DNA of 61,842 bases, filler included. It is 7 parts of 7 records of this genome, joined end to end, with 100 filler letters (N's around TTAATTAATTAA, not from the genome) between each part and the next. Parts side by side here need not be neighbours in the genome. Positions count along the whole stretch, not along the records: positions 45,123 to 50,440 come from SRR31147125_11089; positions 50,541 to 61,842 come from SRR31147125_11101; 5 more parts are not named here. One strand, 5' to 3'. The position numbers and the translations under genes are program-made. The notes below the pieces were generated by a model. It was not told the origin of the DNA, searched no databases, and worked only from the letters and a program-made list of their open reading frames with translations. Of the stretch, positions 45,023-55,857 are shown piece by piece. Every line of letters begins with the position of its first letter. The first letter of the stretch is position 1.

Positions 45023-45122
45023 NNNNNNNNNNNNNNNNNNNNNNNNNNNNNNNNNNNNNNNNNNNNTTAATTAATTAANNNNNNNNNNNNNNNNNNNNNN
45101 NNNNNNNNNNNNNNNNNNNNNN
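45023..45122. other. Artificial contig linker
   Basis: N44-TTAATTAATTAA-N44. Confidence 0.98.
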
Positions 45123-45710
45123 GAAGGTATAGACGGATCAGGAAAAAGCGTACAAGCTGAATTGATTGAAAAAATGCTCTCAAAAGATCATGATGTACTT
45201 CATTGTTTTGATCCCGGACATACAGCGATCGGGAATGCCGTACGTTCGGTACTTTTGAATAAAGAACACATGGAAATGGACTCGCGTACCGAATTACTTT
45301 TATATGCGGCAGCTCGTTCTCAGTTGGTCACTGAAGTGATCAAACCCCATCTTGATAAAGGTGGCGTGGTCGTTTCGGACCGTTTTTATGATTCCACAAC
45401 AGCCTATCAGGGATACGGCCGGGAACTACCTTTGAAATTGATCAATACGCTCAATATGATCGGTGCGCATGAACTAATTCCGGATCTGACCTTTATTATT
45501 GATACGGATATTGAAGTTGCAGCTCAACGTATTGGTAAAGCTGATCGACTTGAAAGCGAAGGCTGGGAATTTCGTACCAGAGTTCGCGACGGTTACAGAG
45601 TGTTGGCTGAAAATGATCCCACACGATGCAAATTGATCGATGGAAACAGAAGTATTGAAGAAATTCATGCCGAAATATCCGACATAGTAAAAGAAAAAAT
45701 CTCTGAATAA
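45123..45710 (+). CDS. tmk: Thymidylate kinase, 5' truncated
   Basis: The frame is open from the contig start: EGIDGSGKS (P-loop), ELLLYAAAR, DRFYDSTTAYQG and PDLTF. Confidence 0.93.
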   Translation, partial: EGIDGSGKSVQAELIEKMLSKDHDVLHCFDPGHTAIGNAVRSVLLNKEHMEMDSRTELLLYAAARSQLVTEVIKPHLDKGGVVVSDRFYDSTTAYQGYGRELPLKLINTLNMIGAHELIPDLTFIIDTDIEVAAQRIGKADRLESEGWEFRTRVRDGYRVLAENDPTRCKLIDGNRSIEEIHAEISDIVKEKISE

Positions 45711-45752
45711 GAAACAAATCATCATTTTCGCAGTTAGGTGATTGTAAATACG

Positions 45753-48700
45753 ATGAAAAACCTTAAATACATTTTTGTTCTACTACTCATGCTTTCGAGC
45801 TTGTCTTATGCTCAATTCGGGCAAAATAAAGTTCAATATGATGTGTTTGACTGGAATTTCATACAAAGTAAACATTTCAACATTTATTTTAACGGTGAAA
45901 ACAAAACTGTTTCCGAATTTGCCGCCCAAACAGCTGAAAATGCTTATGAATCAATTTCAACATTGATGGATTGGGATCTTAAAAAGCGTTATTCGATCAT
46001 AGTATATGACAGTCATAACGATTTTCAGCAGACAAATACGACCAATTCCTATATGCCCGAAGGTGTCGGTGGTTTCACCGAATTATTTAAAAACCGTGTG
46101 GTTGTTCCCTTCGAAGGCTCATATCGGGATTTTCGACACGTTATACATCATGAATTGATCCATGCATTTATGAATGATCTGTATTACGGTGGTAATATTC
46201 AATCTTTGGTCTCTGGAGCCGTACGCTTGAATATCCCGCTTTGGCTTGCTGAGGGTTCTGCCGAATATGAATCCTCCCGCTGGGATACCGAAGCCGATAT
46301 GTTCATGCGTGATTTTGCTTATAACAGTCAATTTGAAGCTTATCCGCTGGAAGCCTTGACCGGTTATTATGCCTATAAGGGCGGACAAAGCATCTTTAAA
46401 TTTATCAGAGAGACTTACGGTTATCAGAAACTGACGGAATTCTACACAAAACTGAAAATATATTTGAACGTGGAAAAAAGTATTCAATATACTTTCAATA
46501 TGTCTAAAGAAGAATTTACCGAAGAATGGCATCATTATCTGAAAGAAATGTATTGGCCACAGATCAGTACAAGTGAAGATATTAAATATACTTCGGTGCA
46601 ATTGACCGACCATAAAAAAATGCGGAATTATCAAAATATTGCGCCTGCAATTTCTCCTGCCGGTGACAAGATCGCATTTTTAAGCGATAAAAGCGGGTAT
46701 GCCGATATTTACCTCATGGATGTGCAAGATGGTAGAAAAATGAGGCGCATCGTACGTGGAAACCGCAAGGCCAGTCTTGAAGAATTAAAATGGCTGTCAC
46801 CGGGGATATCCTGGTCGGCAGACTCCAAACATATTGTATTTGCGGCCAAGAGTGGACAACACGATGCACTTGTCGTGGTCGATGTAGAAAACGGGAAGCA
46901 AAAATTTTATGAATTACCTCAATTACAGGGCGTTTTCTCAGCTGCATTTCATCCCAGTGATAATAATATCATAGCATTTTCGGGTCACAATGGATCTCAG
47001 AGTGATATTTATATTTATGATATAGAGAGCGATAAACTTGTCAATCTGACCAATGACTCTGAAGGTGATGAGAATCCACAATGGACTTTGGATGGAAAGA
47101 ATATTGTATATGCCAGTGAAAGGTTGAAATCAAAGGAATACAGAGATCCACGACATCCTTTCCAGAGGGATATATATCTTGTAAATGTTGAGTCCAAGGT
47201 AAAAACAGCTCAAACCAATACCGATCATGATGAGAATTTTCCCTACTGCGATCCTAAGGGCAGAGGTTATGTTTACACTTCAGATATGAACGGTGTTAAT
47301 AATATTTTTATTCAGCCCAAGAATGGCGAGGCCTACGCGATATCAAATGTGGTTGGCGGGATCTTTCATTTGAATCTGGACAGAAAAGGTGAAAACCTGA
47401 TCTTTTGCGCATTCAAAGATTACGGTTGGGATATCTTTAGAATGAACCAACCTTTTGAAAAAGAAAAAAATGAATTGGTATTAACCGCACAAAGAAAAGA
47501 ATTTCTCAATTCGCCATTTGATATTACCGAAAGCGTAATGAAAAAAGAACGGATACGGGAACTGACGGAAGATAAAAAACCTGATAAGGAAAATATAAAG
47601 ATCGTTAGAGGAGATCACGAGATCGAAAGATTATCGGATTATACCAATTACGTCTTTGTTCCGGAATATACTTATGGCTATGATTCGGTTGATTCTCAGG
47701 TGGTTGCATTGGATTCAACTGAGATCATCGATGAAAGTGGTTCTTATATAGACAAACCTTATAAAACTAACTTTTCTTTGGATCTAGTGGACAGTCAATT
47801 CGGATATTCTACCTTTTACGGTGCTCAGGGTCAGGCCACTTTTATGTTCTCGGATGTGATGGGAGACCATCAAGTCTATATCGGAACGGATCTTTATATC
47901 GATCTGCAGAATTCCGACTATGCACTGGCATACTATTATAGAAAATACAGAACGAATTTCGGTTTGATCATGGTTAATCAATCTGATAACTATGCGACAT
48001 ATATCCCGGGTGAAATATCCACCACTAATCCCTATGGATACTTTGTAACAAGATATACAAATCGCAGTTTGAACTTTATTGTCGATTATCCGATCAATAA
48101 GTACAACAGGATCGAATTCAACAATTCATATTACTTTGTAAGTCGCGATCTTTTGGACAGTAATCAGGTAATAGCAGAGCAGTATGACGCGCGAATTCAT
48201 GAATATCGGACTGAGTTGGCCATCGTCAAAGATAATACGATCTACTCTTATACCGGCCCCATGGACGGAAACCGATACCGCCTGAGTTTTGAAATGTCAC
48301 CTAAGATAACGGCTGAGACTCCGGAGTTCTATACTGCAAAGCTTGATTATCGCCACTATTTCAAAATAACGAACGATTACCATTTAGCTTTCCGTTTCAA
48401 TGGTGGTGTTTCCTTTGGCCCTAATCCTCAAACCTTCCTGCTGGGCGGTGTTGATAACTGGATCAATTATGTCTACAACGCAAGCGCACCCATCTTTGGT
48501 GATAGCGGAGGCAGTTTCTCAGAGCAGTTGAGTATGTATTATTTAAGCGAATATATTATGCCGGTCAGAGGAGCTATGCTTTTCCAGACTTGGGGTGATA
48601 AATTCATGTTGTTCAATGCAGAACTTAGATTCCCTTTGATCAAATATGCCATGCTTGGCTTACCACCAATTACATTATTCCAGGTGCGTGGTGTTCTTTT

Positions 48701-48917
48701 TGCTGATGTTGGCGCAGCCTGGACCAATAACTTACAGCTTGTCGAGAACGGAGCCTGGATGATCGGCAATACCTGGGACGATATGATCGGTTCGGTCGGA
48801 ATTGGAGCTAGGATCTATCTCGGATTTGCTCTTTTGCGCATCGATTGCGCCTGGGAATATAACGGGGACGGATTCTCGAGTCCGAGATGGCTGTGGTCGC
48901 TGGGTGGTGATCTCTGA
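45753..48917 (+). CDS. Omp85/BamA-superfamily protein with N-terminal zinc-metallopeptidase-like and PD40/TolB beta-propeller domains
   Basis: Signal peptide; AQFGQNKVQY; HELIH (HExxH) plus WLAEG; PD40-like ISPAGDKIAF and SWSADSKHIVF; barrel motifs DYRHY, VRG, NAELRFP, F.DVG and G.G.R. Confidence 0.8.
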   Translation: MKNLKYIFVLLLMLSSLSYAQFGQNKVQYDVFDWNFIQSKHFNIYFNGENKTVSEFAAQTAENAYESISTLMDWDLKKRYSIIVYDSHNDFQQTNTTNSYMPEGVGGFTELFKNRVVVPFEGSYRDFRHVIHHELIHAFMNDLYYGGNIQSLVSGAVRLNIPLWLAEGSAEYESSRWDTEADMFMRDFAYNSQFEAYPLEALTGYYAYKGGQSIFKFIRETYGYQKLTEFYTKLKIYLNVEKSIQYTFNMSKEEFTEEWHHYLKEMYWPQISTSEDIKYTSVQLTDHKKMRNYQNIAPAISPAGDKIAFLSDKSGYADIYLMDVQDGRKMRRIVRGNRKASLEELKWLSPGISWSADSKHIVFAAKSGQHDALVVVDVENGKQKFYELPQLQGVFSAAFHPSDNNIIAFSGHNGSQSDIYIYDIESDKLVNLTNDSEGDENPQWTLDGKNIVYASERLKSKEYRDPRHPFQRDIYLVNVESKVKTAQTNTDHDENFPYCDPKGRGYVYTSDMNGVNNIFIQPKNGEAYAISNVVGGIFHLNLDRKGENLIFCAFKDYGWDIFRMNQPFEKEKNELVLTAQRKEFLNSPFDITESVMKKERIRELTEDKKPDKENIKIVRGDHEIERLSDYTNYVFVPEYTYGYDSVDSQVVALDSTEIIDESGSYIDKPYKTNFSLDLVDSQFGYSTFYGAQGQATFMFSDVMGDHQVYIGTDLYIDLQNSDYALAYYYRKYRTNFGLIMVNQSDNYATYIPGEISTTNPYGYFVTRYTNRSLNFIVDYPINKYNRIEFNNSYYFVSRDLLDSNQVIAEQYDARIHEYRTELAIVKDNTIYSYTGPMDGNRYRLSFEMSPKITAETPEFYTAKLDYRHYFKITNDYHLAFRFNGGVSFGPNPQTFLLGGVDNWINYVYNASAPIFGDSGGSFSEQLSMYYLSEYIMPVRGAMLFQTWGDKFMLFNAELRFPLIKYAMLGLPPITLFQVRGVLFADVGAAWTNNLQLVENGAWMIGNTWDDMIGSVGIGARIYLGFALLRIDCAWEYNGDGFSSPRWLWSLGGDL

Positions 48918-48987
48918 TCAATTGATAATTGACAGAGGACAATTGACAATTCAATTGAGAATTAAGAATTAATAATTAAGAATTATA
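48918..48987. repeat. Degenerate heptamer tandem repeat
   Basis: TCAATTG ATAATTG ACAGAGG ACAATTG ACAATTC AATTGAG AATTAAG AATTAAT AATTAAG directly after the stop codon. Confidence 0.65.
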
Positions 48988-49114
48988 TCAAATAATATAG
49001 TCATACTGAGAGTAGACAAAGTATATATATACTTGATGGTAATTTTGGAATTAATTAAACGAAAAGAACTAAATAAAAATAATCCGATCTATCTTGAGTT
49101 ACTCATAACTCATA

Positions 49115-49144
49115 CCTGTCCGCCGAAGCCTTGGCGTAGGTGGA
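49115..49144. repeat. REP-like palindromic element
   Basis: CCTGTCCGCCGAAGCCTTGGCGTAGGTGGA, flanked by ACTCATA heptamers; a near-identical copy is at 50632-50661. Confidence 0.65.
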
Positions 49145-49146
49145 AC

Positions 49147-50440
<1,294 letters not shown>

Positions 50441-50540
50441 NNNNNNNNNNNNNNNNNNNNNNNNNNNNNNNNNNNNNNNNNNNNTTAATTAATTAANNNN
50501 NNNNNNNNNNNNNNNNNNNNNNNNNNNNNNNNNNNNNNNN
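50441..50540. other. Artificial contig linker
   Basis: N44-TTAATTAATTAA-N44. Confidence 0.98.
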
Positions 50541-50631
50541 GAGAACAAGTAAGTAGTAAGTAGAAGGTAGAAATATGACGTGAAATTGTACTAGGCATAT
50601 TTATTAGAATAAACACCTTTCCAGACTCCTG

Positions 50632-50661
50632 CTTGTCCTCCGAAGTTTTGGCGAAGGAGGA
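50632..50661. repeat. REP-like palindromic element
   Basis: CTTGTCCTCCGAAGTTTTGGCGAAGGAGGA, embedded in ACTCCTG-type heptamers. Confidence 0.65.
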
Positions 50662-50779
50662 ACCCCCGACTCCTGACTCGGGAACTTAATGAACTTCTGT
50701 ACATATGTAAATACATCTTGCAAAAGTTATATTTTATTTTAAAATTTCATTATAGATAATTACTGAAATGGAGTTGGAC

Positions 50780-52840
50780 ATGAATCCCCGAAAACATATA
50801 TGGATCTTTTCGTTGTTTCTTTGTTTTATTGTCATGCTTTTTGCTAAACCAGCAGCCTCATTTGATACTTTTACTCATGATATTGGAATGTTGTGGACCA
50901 CACTTAGCAATCATGGTGAATTCGGTGATGACAGTTATATGGCTCCGGGACCTTCTTGTGCCTGGCCGCGTGGATCAGGAAATTCATACCTCTATGCCGG
51001 AAGCATTATGCTGTCGGGGAAATTTGATGATGGTGCCGGTAAAAAGATCAGTGTGTTGAATGAACGGGATGGAGAATATACACCTCTTGATTCAATCCAT
51101 GTTACTGCTCCAGGTATGCGCGCAGATCAGGAAACCTTTACTTCCTATTGGGATGTTGATCAACCGTGGTCCAGTACTGGAGATGACCCCCTGGGCTTAC
51201 TGATTGTTGAGAAGACTTATGCTTGGAAGAACGCTCTTGCTGATGATTTCATCATCACGGAATATAAAATTATTAATGTTGGAATTGATAACAGCGGTAA
51301 CGGACTGCCTGATACGCAACGGGACATTTATGATCTAAATTTTACTCTAATAATGGATGCCGATGTAAGCAAGATGCCAACCTGGTCACCGGAAGACAGG
51401 CGTGTCGGGGGAGACGATCATGCTAATTTTAATGCGGATCAAACTTTTACGATCTCTGATGCAAGTGATAGCGAACTCAATGGAACATATGAAAATTGGG
51501 AATGGGTAAAGCTTGATCCATTTATGAATCGACAACTCATAAATGACCCAAGCTTGCTTGATTCTTTAAATACTATCCCTCTGGATAGTTTAATGACCTT
51601 TATGTGGGATGGCGATGATCCGCGTCTGACCGCAACGCAGTGGGGGTTGGATACGAATCTGGTTCCCGATGATTATGATCTTGAGAATTTGGATGACGAC
51701 AGTGGCAATCCCGGTACTGACGGTCGTTTGTGCAGTCCCGGCTTTATCGGTTGGCGCATGCTGAAGTCCGAACCATATTTAGCGCCGAAATCTTATATCA
51801 CCTGTACTATTCATGATGCACCCCGAACAGATAATGTTAGTTGGGCGGACTATATTAACAGTGAATTGTTTTGCAATTTTACCCAAGCGGTTGATCCGCA
51901 ATATGCACAGTGGCGTGATGATCAACTCACACCGGAGGATTATCGGACCATGACAAGCTATGGATCGCTTGATACACTAAAAAGCGGGGATACCCTTGTC
52001 GTGACTATTGCTTACGGAGTGGGGGCGCATAAGTCCAAAGGCGGCATTTATTCCTTATTGGAACTGAACAAGAACATGCAAATGGCACAATATATTGTGG
52101 ACAATGATTACGCGCTTGATCTTTCAACACTTTCGGAACAGGTTCTTGTACAACTCCTCGTCCATGATGAATTATTTGAGGAAGACTTGGGTTTTGGTTG
52201 GTCGAATGAAGCCAGCGATGCTTATGACAGCGATTTTGATATATTGGCATCAGGTAGTGCACAAACGGGCAGCTTTGATGCCAGATTCATGAACAATGAT
52301 GAAGCATACTTATTGGATGCCCGCTATCCGCCGAATGGTGACGTGATCGAATGGAACTTGGTTTTTTGTCCTTCGACCGGCAATGACCCCATCACGCTTG
52401 AGTGGGATCCGGCAGAACTTGCCAAAACAGGCTCATTTTTCCTGACAGATACAAATGCAAATGTATTGGCTGATCTGAGAGTTCAGAATAGATATACAAA
52501 AGCCGGAACAGACAGCTCTTATTTGAAGATCATTTATGATCCAAATGAAGTGTCTATTTCGATCAATGAAGCGATTGAAGATTTTCAACTTAGCCAGAAT
52601 TATCCAAATCCATTCAACCCAACGACAGCGATCAGCTATCATCTGACAACTTACAATAAGGTGGAATTGAGCATCTTTGATATCAGCGGAAGAAAGATCC
52701 AAACCCTGATAAGTGAATACCAGTCGGCAGGATACCACAAGCTGAACTGGGATGCATCTGCTTACAGTTCAGGTGTCTATCTTTATCGTCTGCAGGCGGG
52801 AAAATATGTTGAAACTAAAAAGATGTTATTGTTGAAATAG
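50780..52840 (+). CDS. Secreted protein with NYPNPFNP C-terminal sorting domain
   Basis: Signal peptide; SCAWPRGSGNSYLYAG; C-terminal LSQNYPNPFNPTT...SSGVYLYRL...KKMLLLK; GGAG RBS before ATG 50780. Confidence 0.85.
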   Translation: MNPRKHIWIFSLFLCFIVMLFAKPAASFDTFTHDIGMLWTTLSNHGEFGDDSYMAPGPSCAWPRGSGNSYLYAGSIMLSGKFDDGAGKKISVLNERDGEYTPLDSIHVTAPGMRADQETFTSYWDVDQPWSSTGDDPLGLLIVEKTYAWKNALADDFIITEYKIINVGIDNSGNGLPDTQRDIYDLNFTLIMDADVSKMPTWSPEDRRVGGDDHANFNADQTFTISDASDSELNGTYENWEWVKLDPFMNRQLINDPSLLDSLNTIPLDSLMTFMWDGDDPRLTATQWGLDTNLVPDDYDLENLDDDSGNPGTDGRLCSPGFIGWRMLKSEPYLAPKSYITCTIHDAPRTDNVSWADYINSELFCNFTQAVDPQYAQWRDDQLTPEDYRTMTSYGSLDTLKSGDTLVVTIAYGVGAHKSKGGIYSLLELNKNMQMAQYIVDNDYALDLSTLSEQVLVQLLVHDELFEEDLGFGWSNEASDAYDSDFDILASGSAQTGSFDARFMNNDEAYLLDARYPPNGDVIEWNLVFCPSTGNDPITLEWDPAELAKTGSFFLTDTNANVLADLRVQNRYTKAGTDSSYLKIIYDPNEVSISINEAIEDFQLSQNYPNPFNPTTAISYHLTTYNKVELSIFDISGRKIQTLISEYQSAGYHKLNWDASAYSSGVYLYRLQAGKYVETKKMLLLK

Positions 52841-52864
52841 AATTCTATCTCATAATTCGGAGTA

Positions 52865-55834
52865 ATGAATATGAAAAAGATAACTGTATTACTTTCTTTA
52901 CTAATCTTGACACTATCAATTTCCTTTTCTCAATATCTCGATCCCTTATTGGAAAAAAAGATCAATATCGGTTCATTGCAATCAAAATTCCAGGCTGCCG
53001 GTGTGGAAAGAGCTTATAATGGCGTGTATTATGAAGGAATGTCCTGGCCATCACAATATGCCATGACAGACAATCACGTTATAGACAGGCAGTGGATCGT
53101 ATGTCGAAATTTTACTGATGTTAATGCAAGTCATTATACTCACCTCGCATGCTATTTTAGTACTTCGAGTGTGGATCCCAACTATGGTTATCCCATGAGC
53201 TTGACACAGTTCGCTCAATTTGAAACACCGGCTGTTATAGTTGACGACCGTGATGCGGGACAAGAGGATTTTGTGGATGCCTTAAATGCAAATATGCCAT
53301 ATGAAAGAATAGTGATCAATACATTCAATAGCTATCTTGGAGTTGAATATAAGAGAAAAATAATTGCATATAGTCAGCAATATCATGACAATTATTTTAT
53401 TACCGAGTATGTTTTAAAGAATACAGGTAATATTGATTACGATGAGGAGATTGAATTACCTTCAAACAACATTGAAGGTTTATTATTTGCGATCATGCCA
53501 AGATATGCCACCTGCAGGGAAGCCGGTTATTTAACAAGTCCCCAAATGACCTGGGGTAAAAATCAATGGATATCCTTCATGGATATCAAAGATGTCGAAA
53601 CATGTAATCCGGATAGTCTTCGATGTTTTTGGACCTGGTTAGGCCAGGGAGAAAATAATGATATTTTTGATCATATCGGTGCTCCGGATGGAGGCAATGG
53701 AACGCTTATAGGCAGCAAAGCCGGAAGATTAACGGCTCCGCAATTTGCAGGTATGGCCGTATTACATGCTGATAGATCAGCAAGTGATAATAGCAATGAT
53801 TATGGTCAGCCTTCAACTTTAGCTTGGCATGGTGGCGATTCCTATCCTTCGGTACAAAACAAAAGTGAAAGTGGTTCTTCGGATCTTTATGATATGTTGA
53901 CATGGACTTCACTTTACTCGGGGAACTACGGTGGGCATGGAGACAGTATCCCGATGGTAGGGACAAACCCACTTAGAAAACCTTACGGAAATGAAAAGCC
54001 GCAATTGATCGCAGGAAATGAAATGGGCGGTCCGGCAGCTTTGATGACCTTCGGTCCATATGACCTGCCCAATATTGGGGATAGTGTTCGTATTGTGATC
54101 GTAGAAGCGATCAGTGGTTTGGACCGGAAAAAATGTATTGAAGTGGGAGAAAACTGGCTGGCAGACAAAGATCTGATCCTTCCTGACGGGAGCACGGCCT
54201 CTAATCGCGATGAATATAAAAATGAGTGGGTATATACCGGTCGTGATTCGCTTTTCCAAACATTTAAAAGAGCAAAAACGGCCTATGAAAATAATTTGAT
54301 CATTCCCAACCCACCTCAACCGCCGATAGGTTTTACTATCAGCTCAGAAGATGAAAATATTTTATTGAGTTGGACAGCAAGTCCTTCTGAATCTGATCCA
54401 AATTTCGGAGGATATCGATTATATCGTTCATTGGATGACCCCGATTCTACGTTCAGCGAGATCTATTCCTGCGGTGAGGGTACAGGTAACGAACTGGTTA
54501 ACGAATATCAGGATAATAATACCATTAAAGGACTGAAATACCTTTACTATATCACAGCGTATACAGATGGCAGTTTGAATACTGATCCTGCATTCAATCC
54601 GATAGGTTCTCTGGAAAGCAGTAGAAGCTATACGCAGACTACGGTCGGTGCCATGATAAGAGGAACCTCTCCTGAAGGAAGCGGCAGTGTTGAGGATCCT
54701 TATTTAATTGATGAAGTGGAAGATATTTACTGGATGATGTTGAACCTTGACAAATTAGATAAAAATTATAGACAAATATGCGATATAAACTTTTCAGGTG
54801 TCGATGATTTCATGCCCATTGGAAACAGCGATGTTAATTTCACCGGTGTGTATGATGGGCAGGCTTATGTGATCGACAGTTTGACATATGACAATTCAAG
54901 TACAAATAATGTGGGCTTTTTCGGATATGTATCATATGCAGTGATCCGGGACGTCCATTTGACGAATGTAAATATGACCGGATATAACTTTGTCGGTGCT
55001 CTGGTGGGAACCGCGAAGGATAGTTCTAATATTTTTGGGTGTCATGTCAGCGGCACTATCAGCGGTAACAATTATGTTGGCGGTATAGCCGGACAAAATT
55101 TATCGCTTTCTTCCATATATGATTGTTATAGTGAAGGAAATGTGACGGGTAATGAAAGGGTCGGAGGACTTGTTGGTTATCTTGGTTCCTCAGCGGTAAA
55201 TGACAGTTACAGTACGATGAGCGTCAACGGAAATAACAGAGTCGGAGGACTTGTCGGGCATGTTGCGGCCGCGCAAGTTTATAATTCATATTGTCTGGGA
55301 AACGTAACAGGAAGTACCAATATCGGTGGTATGATAGGATTTGCATATAATGCTGAATTCCACAGCTGTTACTGGGATACTCTGACATCTGGCCAGTCTG
55401 TTTCAGCCGGCGGTTCGGGTAAATCAACTGCCGAATTGAAAATGGAATCAACATTTACCGATTCGGGTTGGAATTTTGTGGATACCTGGTTGATCGATCC
55501 CACGCTTAATAATGGATATCCTGTATTAAAATGGCAGCTTGATGGTGTGGGTGTAGATCCTGTCGTTCCCGAAGCATTTGTGTTAAGACAAAACTATCCG
55601 AACCCTTTTAATCCCATAACCACAATACAATTTGATGTGCGATATTCGGATCATGTAAAACTTCAGATCTTTGATTTGAGGGGACGTTTGATCACCACTC
55701 TTATTGATGAATTTAAAGAAGCGGGATCATGGTATGTAACATGGAATGCTAATAACTATAGCTCTGGTTTATATATATATCGCCTGGAATATGGCGAGTA
55801 TCATAGTTCAAGAAAAATGATCTTGATGAAATAA
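52865..55834 (+). CDS. Secreted protein with FN3-like domain, GLUG-type repeats and NYPNPFNP C-terminal domain
   Basis: Signal peptide; LSW....GYRLYRS...YYITAY (FN3-like); GSGSVEDPYLI and repeated V.G...VGGLVG (GLUG); QNYPNPFNP. Confidence 0.85.
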   Translation: MNMKKITVLLSLLILTLSISFSQYLDPLLEKKINIGSLQSKFQAAGVERAYNGVYYEGMSWPSQYAMTDNHVIDRQWIVCRNFTDVNASHYTHLACYFSTSSVDPNYGYPMSLTQFAQFETPAVIVDDRDAGQEDFVDALNANMPYERIVINTFNSYLGVEYKRKIIAYSQQYHDNYFITEYVLKNTGNIDYDEEIELPSNNIEGLLFAIMPRYATCREAGYLTSPQMTWGKNQWISFMDIKDVETCNPDSLRCFWTWLGQGENNDIFDHIGAPDGGNGTLIGSKAGRLTAPQFAGMAVLHADRSASDNSNDYGQPSTLAWHGGDSYPSVQNKSESGSSDLYDMLTWTSLYSGNYGGHGDSIPMVGTNPLRKPYGNEKPQLIAGNEMGGPAALMTFGPYDLPNIGDSVRIVIVEAISGLDRKKCIEVGENWLADKDLILPDGSTASNRDEYKNEWVYTGRDSLFQTFKRAKTAYENNLIIPNPPQPPIGFTISSEDENILLSWTASPSESDPNFGGYRLYRSLDDPDSTFSEIYSCGEGTGNELVNEYQDNNTIKGLKYLYYITAYTDGSLNTDPAFNPIGSLESSRSYTQTTVGAMIRGTSPEGSGSVEDPYLIDEVEDIYWMMLNLDKLDKNYRQICDINFSGVDDFMPIGNSDVNFTGVYDGQAYVIDSLTYDNSSTNNVGFFGYVSYAVIRDVHLTNVNMTGYNFVGALVGTAKDSSNIFGCHVSGTISGNNYVGGIAGQNLSLSSIYDCYSEGNVTGNERVGGLVGYLGSSAVNDSYSTMSVNGNNRVGGLVGHVAAAQVYNSYCLGNVTGSTNIGGMIGFAYNAEFHSCYWDTLTSGQSVSAGGSGKSTAELKMESTFTDSGWNFVDTWLIDPTLNNGYPVLKWQLDGVGVDPVVPEAFVLRQNYPNPFNPITTIQFDVRYSDHVKLQIFDLRGRLITTLIDEFKEAGSWYVTWNANNYSSGLYIYRLEYGEYHSSRKMILMK

Positions 55835-55857
55835 AATATTCATAAAGGAGAAGCAGG

